NCBI GenBank assembly: GCA_964035545.1
Contig: CAXIUT010000291.1
Span: 1 to 64,000 of the forward strand
DNA from: Bugula neritina
Taxonomy: Eukaryota; Animalia; Bryozoa
Reading direction: 5' to 3'
Length of the DNA: 64,000 bases
Both the position numbers and the translations under genes were made by a program. Positions 1 through 9,070 of the stretch are shown one piece after another; position 1 is the stretch's first letter; each line of letters begins with the position of its first letter. Below the pieces are notes generated by a model that saw only the letters and a list, made by a program, of their open reading frames with translations, did not search any database and was not told where the DNA came from.

Positions 1-151
1 GGATCGAATCAAACTTTAGCAGGTGTGCTGACGTTGTCGCATCGCCGGCGATTTCGTTGATTTGGTGAAAGCGGAAGGCCGGATTGCTCCATGCGGCTCT
101 GATACCGAGGCGTCCCATACGGCCAAAGCCGTTGATACCGATTTTTGTCAT
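1..151 (-). CDS. gap: Glyceraldehyde-3-phosphate dehydrogenase, N-terminal part (runs off window); resembles ArsJ-associated GAPDH
   Basis: Manual translation from ATG at 151: [50 protein letters not shown]; GINGFGR Rossmann motif. Not in the ORF track. Confidence 0.85.
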   Translation of the reverse strand, partial: MTKIGINGFGRMGRLGIRAAWSNPAFRFHQINEIAGDATTSAHLLKFDSI

Positions 152-307
152 TTGGTTGTCTCATCAATGAATGGTTGGATTATTATGTCAGTCTTCAACT
201 TCTACGGTAACCTTAACATTTGGTAATGCACTATCTGGTTTATGGTTGTGGGTAGTCGGGTGTTGGGTATGGTATGTTTCCCAAATGGGAAAAATAGATA
301 ACTTAAT

Positions 308-1340
308 ATGGGAATAAAGATGAAGACAATTATCAGCAGTATCCGGTCATTTTTTATGGTATTGGCACTTGGTTGCGCGGTTAGCCTAACGCCGGCATTT
401 GCCGCCGATGAAGGGGCGTTGTTTCAACTGGGTGATAAGGCTTATGGCGTAAGTGATTTGCCCGATATGCTGCAACAGGCGCTGCATGAGGCTGAGCTTA
501 AATTCCACCAGGAGAAAGAAGCCGTAATCGATGAGGCGCTGGCGGTGATGGAAATTGAGCGGCGTGCTGAGGAGAGTGGCAAGAGCGGCGATGAGATCGC
601 GGCTGAATTATTTTCTGCGGATCAGCCATCGGATGAAGCGGTCACTGCTTTTTATGAAGAGAATAAGGCGCGGATCAATCAGCCATTGGATGCGATTAAG
701 CCACAAATTATGCAGTTGTTAATTCAACAGGCGCAGGCAGAGAAGCAACAGGCATTTTTGTCTGAGCTTAAAGAAAAGGGTGGGTTTAAGCTGTTGATAC
801 AACATCCACAGGCTCCAGAGTCTGAGATTGATATTAGCGGTTTCCCCGGCTAAAGGGCCGGAAGATGCGAAAGTAGTACTGGTTGAATTTGCGGATTATC
901 AGTGCCCACACTGTAAGCATGCTGGTGATGCATTGAAGAAGATAGCGGAGCAGTTTAAAGACGACCTGAAGATCGTATTCATGGACTACCCAATTAACCG
1001 CTCCGGTATTTCGCGTAAGATCGCCGAGGGCGCGGTATGCGCGGCGGAGCAGGATAAGTTCTGGGAATACCACGATCTGGCATTCTCCGATCAGCGTGCG
1101 CTGAAGAAGGACTCTGCGCCTAAGTTTGCGGAAGAACTGGGGCTGGATAGTAGTGCGTTTGCTGAATGTCTGGCGTCTGAGAAGCCTGCTGCGCATGTGA
1201 AGCGTGGTGAGGAAGAAGGCCAGCGCCTGGGGGTTAATAGCACACCGACCTTATTCCTGAATGGGCGTAAGTTGCATGTGCATGACCTTGAGGCTGATCT
1301 GCCGAAAGAAATTCAGCAGGCGTTGAGTGCGGCTGAGTAA
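308..1340 (+). CDS. DsbA/thioredoxin-domain periplasmic protein, split by a +1 frameshift near 845
   Basis: Signal peptide, then ISGFP|AKGPEDAKVVLVEFADYQCPHC and GVNSTPT; ORFs 308-853 and 828-1340 join across TTTCCCCGG. Confidence 0.85.
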
Positions 1341-1362
1341 GGGCGGTTAATATACCCACCCC

Positions 1363-1782
1363 TTAGTGGCTGAACCAGATGCGCCAGTAGTAGCCACAGT
1401 CGTTACAAATGTGTTTGTCTTTCTTGCTATTAATGAAGAAGGCAAGCACATCAAATACCATGTAATTGGAGAAGCGTGACCAGAAACCGGGTTTGCGGGT
1501 GATGTTCTTTGAATTGCATTCCGGGCAGCGTGGCGCGTTGGCTGATATTTGTTCTGGAGTAGGCGATTCCGGCTCATAACTGTTCAGGAAAACAGTGGCG
1601 CGTTCTGCATCTGTTTCTGCCACCATCAGGGTTGCGCTGCTGAGGCCAGCGGTTTGCTGGTGGTTAAAAACTTCGGCTTTGATACCGGCATCTTCCAGTT
1701 TTTGCCTGTCTAGGTTAGCGCCAATGCTATCGGGGTAGGTGGCGATGGGCTTGAATTCATGCATTGTTCTTGTCGCTGTCAT
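1363..1782 (-). CDS. DUF2007-like putative signal-transducing protein with C-terminal Zn ribbon
   Basis: KLEDAGI motif, CPECNS...CNDC; paralog of 2054-2479; true start may be MHEF at 1764. Confidence 0.7.
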   Translation of the reverse strand: MTATRTMHEFKPIATYPDSIGANLDRQKLEDAGIKAEVFNHQQTAGLSSATLMVAETDAERATVFLNSYEPESPTPEQISANAPRCPECNSKNITRKPGFWSRFSNYMVFDVLAFFINSKKDKHICNDCGYYWRIWFSH

Positions 1783-2053
1783 AATAATCCAGAGCCGAGA
1801 GGTATAAGCCCGGTAGGGAGAAAATGATGAAGATTATGAGATAAATCAGCATATCTTCATACAGCTCAGGAGAGACGAATATCCGTTTTATCAAGGGTAA
1901 AAACGCTTCATGCAAAATGGAGCGTAAAACTTTAAACGTAAAGCTTGCTGCAAAAGCAAAGAGAAGCGCTTTAATGCAAGTTCCTAAAAACCCTATTAAT
2001 ACAATTTTGCGGAAACTGTACTTTTTACCTGTTGATCCACTCATGGCGCTCAC
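1757..2053 (-). CDS. Small membrane protein
   Basis: Two hydrophobic segments; tightly packed between the two DUF2007 genes. Confidence 0.5.
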   Translation of the reverse strand: MSAMSGSTGKKYSFRKIVLIGFLGTCIKALLFAFAASFTFKVLRSILHEAFLPLIKRIFVSPELYEDMLIYLIIFIIFSLPGLYLSALDYYDSDKNNA

Positions 2054-2479
2054 TTACTCAAACCACAGGTGCCAGTCGTAGTCGCAATCATTACACCAGT
2101 GATGAATACGGCTCTTCGCCATGATCAATGAGTACAACCCAAAGGTCAGAATGCCCAGAACGATCATTAGCCAGGGTTCTCGACTGGTAATTTTGCCTGA
2201 GCCACAATCCGGGCAGCTTAGCCCATCGCTATAGGAAAGTTCAGGGTTGAGGTCGTACTCACCTTCGGCGTGTTTGTGCAAAATAGCTTTTGCTGCTTTC
2301 AGGTTGCTTTTTGCGACCTTGATTTTTACACCGCCGATGGCATGTGATACGAACCAGTTGGCGCTGATGTGGTGTTCGTCATGGACGATTGCGGGTATGC
2401 CTTCTGCTTCCAGGCGGCCCCTGGCCAGGTGGGCGGCGATAGCGTCGCTGTAGGTTTCTGCGATGACTAGCTTTGGCAT
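2054..2479 (-). CDS. DUF2007-like protein with Zn ribbon and TM segment
   Basis: AHLARGRLEAEGI...AIGGVKIKV, CPDCGS...CNDC; RBS AAGGAG. Confidence 0.8.
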   Translation of the reverse strand: MPKLVIAETYSDAIAAHLARGRLEAEGIPAIVHDEHHISANWFVSHAIGGVKIKVAKSNLKAAKAILHKHAEGEYDLNPELSYSDGLSCPDCGSGKITSREPWLMIVLGILTFGLYSLIMAKSRIHHWCNDCDYDWHLWFE

Positions 2480-2580
2480 GTGCTTTGTCTCCTTGTGGCT
2501 GTTTATTTATTGTTATGTTAAACATTGAGTGAATTTTGATCTGTGAAATAGTTACCTCTGTTGTTGGTATTTTTGCACTT

Positions 2581-3132
2581 TTACCATGAGTAGCGTGTGC
2601 TGACCGGGGCGTGTTTGCAGTTGTTCAGGGGTTGGGTTTTGCTGTTGTCGCACCAGGCCCCTTTTAATTGGTGGCAAGTGTATCCGGTGGGCAGCTCATC
2701 GCCCGGCGTAAAGGTCTGGTTACCGAAAATGCACTCCAGTTTTAACTGAAGTTCAATAGATTCGTAATCAGTTTGACCCGTAGGAAGGTCACGGTCGAAC
2801 CAAGGTGTACTTCCACCTTGCCAGTGCCATCTGACTTTCATGTTGGCACAGCTGTTTTGGGGTTCGGCAAATCTGTTCTGGCACATGGCCCCGGTGCTCA
2901 GGCAGTGGTATGCCTTAGGTAAATTTAAGCCTGGATCATCTGACCTGTAAATGCCTTTATATTTACCTGAGGTGACTTCGCACTCGCCGACTAAATTGTG
3001 TTCGTGGCTCTCCCAGTCGCCGGAGCCACCCGGTAGATCACTATTTAATATGGGTGTTTCCCCAGCTATCAGGTTGGCAGTGATAAGCATTGCGATGGTG
3101 AGGAGTAAGGTTTTATGTTTAAAAGCCATCAT
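2581..3132 (-). CDS. Secreted Cys-rich protein with two mucin/CILP WxxW(CysD)-like repeats
   Basis: Signal peptide; TPILNSDLPGGSGDWE and TPWFDRDLPTGQTDYE motifs; paralog of 4180-4725. Confidence 0.7.
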   Translation of the reverse strand: MMAFKHKTLLLTIAMLITANLIAGETPILNSDLPGGSGDWESHEHNLVGECEVTSGKYKGIYRSDDPGLNLPKAYHCLSTGAMCQNRFAEPQNSCANMKVRWHWQGGSTPWFDRDLPTGQTDYESIELQLKLECIFGNQTFTPGDELPTGYTCHQLKGAWCDNSKTQPLNNCKHAPVSTRYSW

Positions 3133-4037
3133 TTGCTAATCTTTAACAGGTCTTGAGTCAGGCTATTTAACTGGTAGTTACCGGCTATTTGCCCGCTTGG
3201 CTCCCGAATGATCAACTGGTTGCCTGCCGGATCAAAACTCCAGCGACAGGTTTTGTGCTGATGGGCGTCGTTTGGTTCCAGGGAAAGAAACTGGCACTGG
3301 CTGTTCTCGTAAAAAGAGAGGGTTCTGCGGAAGTGAGCTGGTGGGAAAGTTTTGCTGCCTGCTTTGCGCCAGGCTAGCGTAGGTTCTTCATCTTCCTCAT
3401 GAGAATGTACCCAGGTTTGGTTGATGAATTTCAGGCTATCAGAGGTAGGGCGGCCTATGGTGCAGGGGATAAGGCTTACTGTATCAAGCTGTATGCCGAA
3501 GCCGCCGCTGGTATCGCGTAGCTGGCTGAATTCGATGGTTAGGTTGTGTGTATCAGGGCATAAAATATAACTGTATTCCTGCCAGTCTGCTGCGGTTGTG
3601 ATGATGGAATGGTTAGCTGTTCCGCATGTTGCTGCTGAGTGGTTTATTAGTTTTAGGTCAAATATATTGTGTTGTTCTCTATGGAATCTGGCCCAAAATT
3701 TGAGTAAATAATTTTTTCCGGGCTGAGTTTGTATAGTCTGTGCGAGTCTGTATCCTTCGGAAGAGGCGAGTTGCAGGATGTTGTTGCCGGAGTGTGGGTA
3801 GTTAGCAATTACCTGCCCCTTTGGGCCGCCGGAGACTTTCCAGCCCGGTATGTTGTAAGTTTTAGTGAAGCGAACGCCAAATGTATCAGAATTTAGTTTT
3901 ATGTCTTCGAAGCTGCCATTGGTGATTAGGTTTTGGGTGTTGATGGGGTTGCAGTTGTCTTGTGCGTTAGTGGCGTAGGTGTTCTGAGCGATGGTTAAGG
4001 TAGTAAAGAGTAGTAGGATGAGCCGAAATATGTTCAT
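3129..4037 (-). CDS. Secreted protein with CBM-like (DUF642/CBM4-9-type) jelly-roll domain
   Basis: Signal peptide; NLITNGSFE...IPGW...LAQTIQTQPGKNYLLKF...LDTVSL. Confidence 0.65.
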   Translation of the reverse strand: MNIFRLILLLFTTLTIAQNTYATNAQDNCNPINTQNLITNGSFEDIKLNSDTFGVRFTKTYNIPGWKVSGGPKGQVIANYPHSGNNILQLASSEGYRLAQTIQTQPGKNYLLKFWARFHREQHNIFDLKLINHSAATCGTANHSIITTAADWQEYSYILCPDTHNLTIEFSQLRDTSGGFGIQLDTVSLIPCTIGRPTSDSLKFINQTWVHSHEEDEEPTLAWRKAGSKTFPPAHFRRTLSFYENSQCQFLSLEPNDAHQHKTCRWSFDPAGNQLIIREPSGQIAGNYQLNSLTQDLLKISK

Positions 4038-4179
4038 AACACGATAAATTTAGTACTGTTTCCTGAATTAGTCTGTAAGAATGTTTGTCGATTGTGGTGC
4101 TGGAAGGCCACCTTCTGTGGTTGAAAGTGGCTTGATTGGTGAGTTGGACTGGAGGGTTAGCTCCATATCTACATCGCCG

Positions 4180-4725
4180 TTACCAAAAGTACCTGACCCT
4201 TACCGGTCGGTTTCGGCAGCTTCTTCTCGGTTGAGTCTGTTTGTTTACACACCAGGCTCCTCGCATTTTATTACAGGTATAGCCTGCTGGAATGTTATTG
4301 CTGGTAGGAGTGAATTTATTGCTGCTAACTCCCGGTGGGCCAAAATAGCACTCTGTTCTTAGCTGATGTTCAATGGTTTCATAATCGCCATTGCCGCTTG
4401 GGCGGTCACGATCAAACCATGGTGTTGCACCTCCCCGCCATGTCCATCTGACTTTCATATTTTTACAACCACCTCGGGTTCTGTTGTTATCGCACCAGCC
4501 TCCACGTGCTTTTTTGCAGGTGTATCCGGCGGGTAAGGATTGGCCTGGTCTATAAACAGTGCCTCCGATGTTGCACTCTACGTTTAAATAGCGCTCGTTG
4601 TTTTCCCAGTCGCCTGAGCCACCGGGCCTGTCTGAATTGAATATGGGGGTTTGGCCTGCTGTTGCAGTACTTGCAAAACCAATTAACAATGTGACTAATA
4701 ATAGCTTATTAAGATTTTTTAACAT
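4180..4725 (-). CDS. Secreted Cys-rich protein with two WxxW(CysD)-like repeats
   Basis: Signal peptide; FNSDRPGGSGDWE, WFDRDRPSGNGDYET, GAWCVNKQTQPRRSCRN..VRVRYFW; RBS AAGGAG. Confidence 0.75.
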   Translation of the reverse strand: MLKNLNKLLLVTLLIGFASTATAGQTPIFNSDRPGGSGDWENNERYLNVECNIGGTVYRPGQSLPAGYTCKKARGGWCDNNRTRGGCKNMKVRWTWRGGATPWFDRDRPSGNGDYETIEHQLRTECYFGPPGVSSNKFTPTSNNIPAGYTCNKMRGAWCVNKQTQPRRSCRNRPVRVRYFW

Positions 4726-4825
4726 TTTGATGCTCCTTGGGTGTGGAATTGTACATTAATAGATCTAATGATTTGAAAAGACTAGCCTATGAAAAGAGAG
4801 TTCTAGAAGTCGCTGGTATTTGCTA

Positions 4826-5509
4826 TTAATCCCAGCAGTTAGCAGGTTGGTTGTTGTTTTTCACCCAAAAGCGAGTTCTTTTATTACTATTATTTGGGTA
4901 GTTGTGTTTCAGCATTTTGCGTTTGTTATTATTATTCCATTGGTGAAACCTCGCATGGAAAGCCCAGCCACCTGACCTGGCGTTAGCATGGTTCCAGTTT
5001 CCACCAAAATGTTGATTAGCGCCCATGCCAGGCATCCATTTCCCCATATGATGTTCAGCCATGCGCCATCCATTGCCACAAATGTTATCAGCAGTGGCAG
5101 GGCTAGTTAAAGCTGTCCCTACGATTGGCGTAGTTAGTTTTATTTTTTGATCAACCCAACCCGAATAGAATTCTTTGGGCATGGCAGCACTCCCTGTGTT
5201 GACTACATAGCGTGGTCGGGGTTTGCTGTTACCTCCTACGCATAATATTGGTAAAGATTCGGTACAACTTGTTTCTCCTTGGTAGGCATTGCAAAAAGTT
5301 TTATTGCCTGTTGGTGATTTTGTCTCGCTGTTGCAACCTACATTAACTATTTTCTTTTGGTAGTTATTTGCAGGGCTGGAGAAGGTTTTGGCTCTGAAAC
5401 CCCAAGTCATACCATTACCACCCGCAGCCATTACCGGTGCACTAATAAATGCCAATGCCAAGCTGATCGCACAAAGATTGCGGCCTAAAATTATAGTCTT
5501 GCTTTTCAT
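4826..5509 (-). CDS. Secreted Cys/Trp-rich protein (GMTW...CxxYxGxTSC...GWRxAE...GGW...RFWV...NCW family)
   Basis: Start reassigned to ATG 5509 (GAGGT RBS); signal peptide; homologous to 13333-13902. Confidence 0.7.
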   Translation of the reverse strand: MKSKTIILGRNLCAISLALAFISAPVMAAGGNGMTWGFRAKTFSSPANNYQKKIVNVGCNSETKSPTGNKTFCNAYQGETSCTESLPILCVGGNSKPRPRYVVNTGSAAMPKEFYSGWVDQKIKLTTPIVGTALTSPATADNICGNGWRMAEHHMGKWMPGMGANQHFGGNWNHANARSGGWAFHARFHQWNNNNKRKMLKHNYPNNSNKRTRFWVKNNNQPANCWD

Positions 5510-5597
5510 GAGTAAATTACCTCGTGGTTGTTTGAAAATAAGGTTGTTTTTTTTGTTTTGTGTTACCATTTATATCAAAATAAACTTATGCGTTTAT

Positions 5598-5644
5598 GTA
5601 TTGATGCGACAATTTTTCAGGAAAATGCATCTAGATGACAAAAG
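5598..5644. promoter_or_regulatory. Conserved tandem direct-repeat motif, copy A
   Basis: GTATTGATGCGACAA and GCATCTAGATGACAA at a 29-bp period; same arrangement at 8878 and 14799. Confidence 0.55.
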
Positions 5645-5814
5645 CCTTTTTTAAATTTTTTCTGGGTATCAACAATTGATTTTTTTGGAGTTAATGGTGG
5701 GTTTTTAAAGGTCAGTAGGCAGAAGTTGAGTTTATAAAGATGGCTATCCGTAATAAAAAATAGGATCGAATATGTGTTGTCCATCCGATCCAAAAAAATA
5801 TTTGTGACTCAGCA

Positions 5815-6327
5815 TTATTGGTTTCGAACCAAGCGAACGTGGCGTTTTGCACTCTTTGTGTTAAAGTTATAGTAACCCGCTCCAAAATTCACAACCCAGG
5901 CAGCATGAGGCCAGTAAGCTGAGGTTGATGATGACCAATAATGGCCTGTGACAATATTGTTGGGAAATGCTGTTAAATTTAGCGAAGGGCCAATGCATTG
6001 GTGTTCAACGATAGAAGCCAGTTCTTTAATATTAGGCAGCCGCCAATTACCCCCGGCGCTGGCTGCTAAATCCAGCGCTTCCTTCCAGTTGTATATCGGC
6101 GGGGAAGCAGTACAGGTTAAAGTTGTGTCATTCCAACTTTGGCCTTCGGCGCACCGTTTCCAGATTAAACCGGTTTTGGTGTCTTTCACCGTACCATTAT
6201 TTTTACCAATCAGATGCCCTGTTGTCGCGGCGATAGTGTTGGTATTACAGGTCTGTGCATATGCATTAAACGATAACAACAGCAGGCTAACTGCCGTCAG
6301 TATGGTCAGTTTAAATTTGGTATTCAT
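5815..6327 (-). CDS. DUF1566 (Lcl C-terminal, C-type-lectin-like) secreted protein
   Basis: GTVKDTKTGLIWKRC, WRLPNIKEL, YWSSS, HVRLVR. Confidence 0.9.
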   Translation of the reverse strand: MNTKFKLTILTAVSLLLLSFNAYAQTCNTNTIAATTGHLIGKNNGTVKDTKTGLIWKRCAEGQSWNDTTLTCTASPPIYNWKEALDLAASAGGNWRLPNIKELASIVEHQCIGPSLNLTAFPNNIVTGHYWSSSTSAYWPHAAWVVNFGAGYYNFNTKSAKRHVRLVRNQ

Positions 6328-6347
6328 AATTGATCTCCACTGAAATG

Positions 6348-7493
6348 TTAATTGCCACGTACCAAACGGACCGGACGTGGGGTATTTTTGTTATTTGATG
6401 GCCCTGTGCCCGTGTTAAAGGTAACGCCCCATATCTGTACGGCATTGCCGATATAAGGTGATGAAGTCAGGTATAAAGTTGAAACCGTGTTGGGGAAATA
6501 TTTGACATCAATAGCCGGATTAAACCTATCGTAATGCACAATAGACTGGAGTTCTTTCTGGGTTGGTAAGCGCCAGTTATTTGCGCCACACAGACCATTA
6601 GCATTTACCGCCTGAACATAAGCAGCAGTGTCACAATGACTCCCAACACAGTTTCCACCGTTTTGTGTGCCGGGAGTGCCGCCATTGATTGCAGGGTTGG
6701 ATTCGTGCCATGTGTATGTCCACTTTCTATCATGCAAGCCGCCATCTTTGGTTTTAGTTTCCCAAATCAAACCAGTGACTTTGTCCTTTACACACGACCA
6801 TTTGGCTGCGTTTCTGGGTAATGCAGCGCCATCTGCTGAGACTTTTGTGAAGGCAAAACCTGCATGACCGTTGTTGTTGTTACCATTGCTTTTATCGCGA
6901 CCATGAGTTGCATCTTGTTTTGGAGGAATCGGGTCGCCTTGTGCATCATTTGCGTTGGAGGTGCAGGTTAGGTCGTTATTGTGGGCTAGGGTGGCGCTGC
7001 CATAGGCATAGTCGCCGCAGGTGATGATGCCTGTGTCATTGAGTTTATTGGTTGCAGCAGCTGGAACTTTGGCAACAACCTTGTACGTCTTATTTGCACT
7101 AAAGTTGCTTTTGTTGAGGTTGCTGTTTGAAGCGGGAAATGCCCTAACTTGCCATTTAATGGTATCGCCCAATGACAAGGGAAATGGAGATGGGCCTTGC
7201 CATGTGGTTGGATGTGAAGTGCAAGTGATGGCTCCGCTTGTAGTGCAAATAGAGCCTGATGACAATAAGGAGCTATTAAAAACGTTACTGCCTTTCTTGA
7301 CACGAATCTTGTAGCTAACAGCACCCTGCACAGCATTCCAAGTGAAAGCAGGCTGTGTCACAGTGCCATTACCTTGCGGTGATATGGTGTCTGGTTTATC
7401 AAGTCTGGCGCTATATGCAGTGTTAGTAGAAAGCAAAAAAACAAGCATTATTAATGGAGTTAATAATTTTGATGAAAAGTATGTAGTAGTCAT
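6348..7493 (-). CDS. Secreted FN3-like + DUF1566 protein
   Basis: LNDTGI..QDATHGRD..CVKDKVTGLIWE..WRLPTQKEL..PVRLVR; start probably MTTTY at 7493 (ORF track gives 7571). Confidence 0.85.
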   Translation of the reverse strand: MTTTYFSSKLLTPLIMLVFLLSTNTAYSARLDKPDTISPQGNGTVTQPAFTWNAVQGAVSYKIRVKKGSNVFNSSLLSSGSICTTSGAITCTSHPTTWQGPSPFPLSLGDTIKWQVRAFPASNSNLNKSNFSANKTYKVVAKVPAAATNKLNDTGIITCGDYAYGSATLAHNNDLTCTSNANDAQGDPIPPKQDATHGRDKSNGNNNNGHAGFAFTKVSADGAALPRNAAKWSCVKDKVTGLIWETKTKDGGLHDRKWTYTWHESNPAINGGTPGTQNGGNCVGSHCDTAAYVQAVNANGLCGANNWRLPTQKELQSIVHYDRFNPAIDVKYFPNTVSTLYLTSSPYIGNAVQIWGVTFNTGTGPSNNKNTPRPVRLVRGN

Positions 7494-7560
7494 TTTTCTA
7501 CCTTTATGATGGTTTTTTAATGAATTAATAAGCTTTGATTTTGTCTTTAGATTAGTGTAT

Positions 7561-7830
7561 CTAATATACAACAGGATCCCAAATGGAACGATATCCTATC
7601 CTTGGTCTTTTAATTCTTGATTTTGAGGTGGAGTTACCTGGGATTCTTTTGGGCTTGATGTGCGGATGTTCATGTTTTGAGTTAGTGGTTTCTTTTGTTT
7701 TTGATTTTTCAATGTCGTCAAGTTTAATATCTCCAAAGCCACCTTTCATCCCAGGAGGAGGCCCGGCAGTTAGCTGAATAGGGGTTGCGCTCATAATTAG
7801 AAGGCATATAAAAGCTATTTTAATATTCAT
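7561..7830 (-). CDS. Small secreted basic protein
   Basis: Signal-like N-terminus; GGAG RBS; co-oriented with neighbours. Confidence 0.5.
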   Translation of the reverse strand: MNIKIAFICLLIMSATPIQLTAGPPPGMKGGFGDIKLDDIEKSKTKETTNSKHEHPHIKPKRIPGNSTSKSRIKRPRIGYRSIWDPVVY

Positions 7831-7884
7831 AATATTCTCCGTTCGTGAATAGTTAATTTTTTTCCTACTGTGCTTTTTGAGGCT

Positions 7885-8715
7885 TTAACTGTCGTGCTGT
7901 AGTTGTCTTGGTGTTTGACTGGTTGGTGCAGGTCTAATTACTCTGCTTCTGTTTCTAGGGCCATCACGTACTATTCTTTGCAAGGCTTGTTTGACAGGTA
8001 CTGACTGTTGCCTGTGCATTGACGCATTTGGTTCATGTTTAGTTGCTCCCTCTTTAAGACAGCAGTATCGCCGATATAAATGTGCTACCCGGATGTCAGT
8101 ATCTTCGGCAATAACAAATGTGTATCTACCGTCTTGGACATTACTGGCGCTGATTGGACGCCACCACCATGTCCAGGTTGGGCCAACTGCTGGTGGATCT
8201 ATAGGCGCTGAAGTCATTGTTTGACCATTATTAAAATCCATAAAAATGTCATCAGTTGCGTTATCACCGTTTGGGCCATAGGGTGGGGGATTGCTATTAC
8301 GTAATTCAGCAGCTATTCTTGCATCTTGCAAAATGCAACATTTTCTTCTTGGAGGGCGAGATGTGTTAAAAGTATGCCCAAATATTTGGTTAACATAATG
8401 CTTATTATCATTTTGCGCGTTAAAATTTCTGATGCCAAGCGTTGATGGCGGGTTGCTAAATAAATTAGCAATGATAGGATCCATATCACTTAAGTCAGGG
8501 TTGGCTGGCCCGTATGTTGTCATTTTATCCCAGTGTTCATCAAAGTAGTGCCTGTCACACGGCGTCATGGGGGCTTTTCCACGAGCATTAGGAGGAGGCA
8601 TTAATTTCCTAATTTCGTTTGGATTTACTTCAGCTGCATAGGTTGGAAAAGCATTAAAATTAATACCTAAAATTGCGGCCATGAGTCCAGTTTTTAAATA
8701 GGTTTGCATAGTCAT
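7885..8715 (-). CDS. Secreted Cys-containing hypothetical protein
   Basis: Signal peptide; AAGGAG RBS; FGHTF...CC...EDTD...YCC. Confidence 0.7.
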   Translation of the reverse strand: MTMQTYLKTGLMAAILGINFNAFPTYAAEVNPNEIRKLMPPPNARGKAPMTPCDRHYFDEHWDKMTTYGPANPDLSDMDPIIANLFSNPPSTLGIRNFNAQNDNKHYVNQIFGHTFNTSRPPRRKCCILQDARIAAELRNSNPPPYGPNGDNATDDIFMDFNNGQTMTSAPIDPPAVGPTWTWWWRPISASNVQDGRYTFVIAEDTDIRVAHLYRRYCCLKEGATKHEPNASMHRQQSVPVKQALQRIVRDGPRNRSRVIRPAPTSQTPRQLQHDS

Positions 8716-8724
8716 TCTCCTTCA

Positions 8725-8772
8725 TTAATTCCAGCAGCTAGCATTGATTGTGTTATTTTTCACCCAATATGG
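8725..8772 (-). pseudogene. Relic 3' end of a third GMTW...NCW-family gene
   Basis: Reads PYWVKNNTINASCWN* versus RFWVKNNNQPANCWD* at 4826; preceded by an in-frame stop. Confidence 0.55.
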
Positions 8773-8877
8773 CTAATAGGTATAGCCTTTTGTGCGATAG
8801 GCTATTCGGAATAAACCAGGGGGTTCTTATCTCACATTTATACTATAAATTATATTGTATATTGGGTTAATTTGAAT

Positions 8878-8924
8878 GCATCAATACGACAATTTTCAGT
8901 GGATTTGCACCTATATGCCAAAAA
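8878..8924. promoter_or_regulatory. Conserved tandem direct-repeat motif, copy B
   Basis: GCATCAATACGACAA and GCACCTATATGCCAA at a 29-bp period. Confidence 0.55.
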
Positions 8925-9070
8925 TACTATTTTTATTTATGGATGAGTTTTTTAGGCTTTATGCGAAGTAAGCTTGAAATGTTGTCCGTGGTCTTGGTGA
9001 TTCAGTATCGAAAGCCTGCCGTGGATAATCAGATAGTTTTCTGGGTAAGTACAAAAAAAGTAAGCCAGTA

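Noticed and set aside
5815-7493. DUF1566 genes as diversity-generating retroelement targets
   Set aside because: No reverse transcriptase and no template repeat differing only at adenines found in this window; a remote DGR cannot be excluded
8905-8920. Sigma54 promoter on the minus strand (TGGCATATAGGTGCA; also at 14826-14841)
   Set aside because: GG-to-GC spacing is 9, not the required 10; better explained as part of the direct-repeat motif
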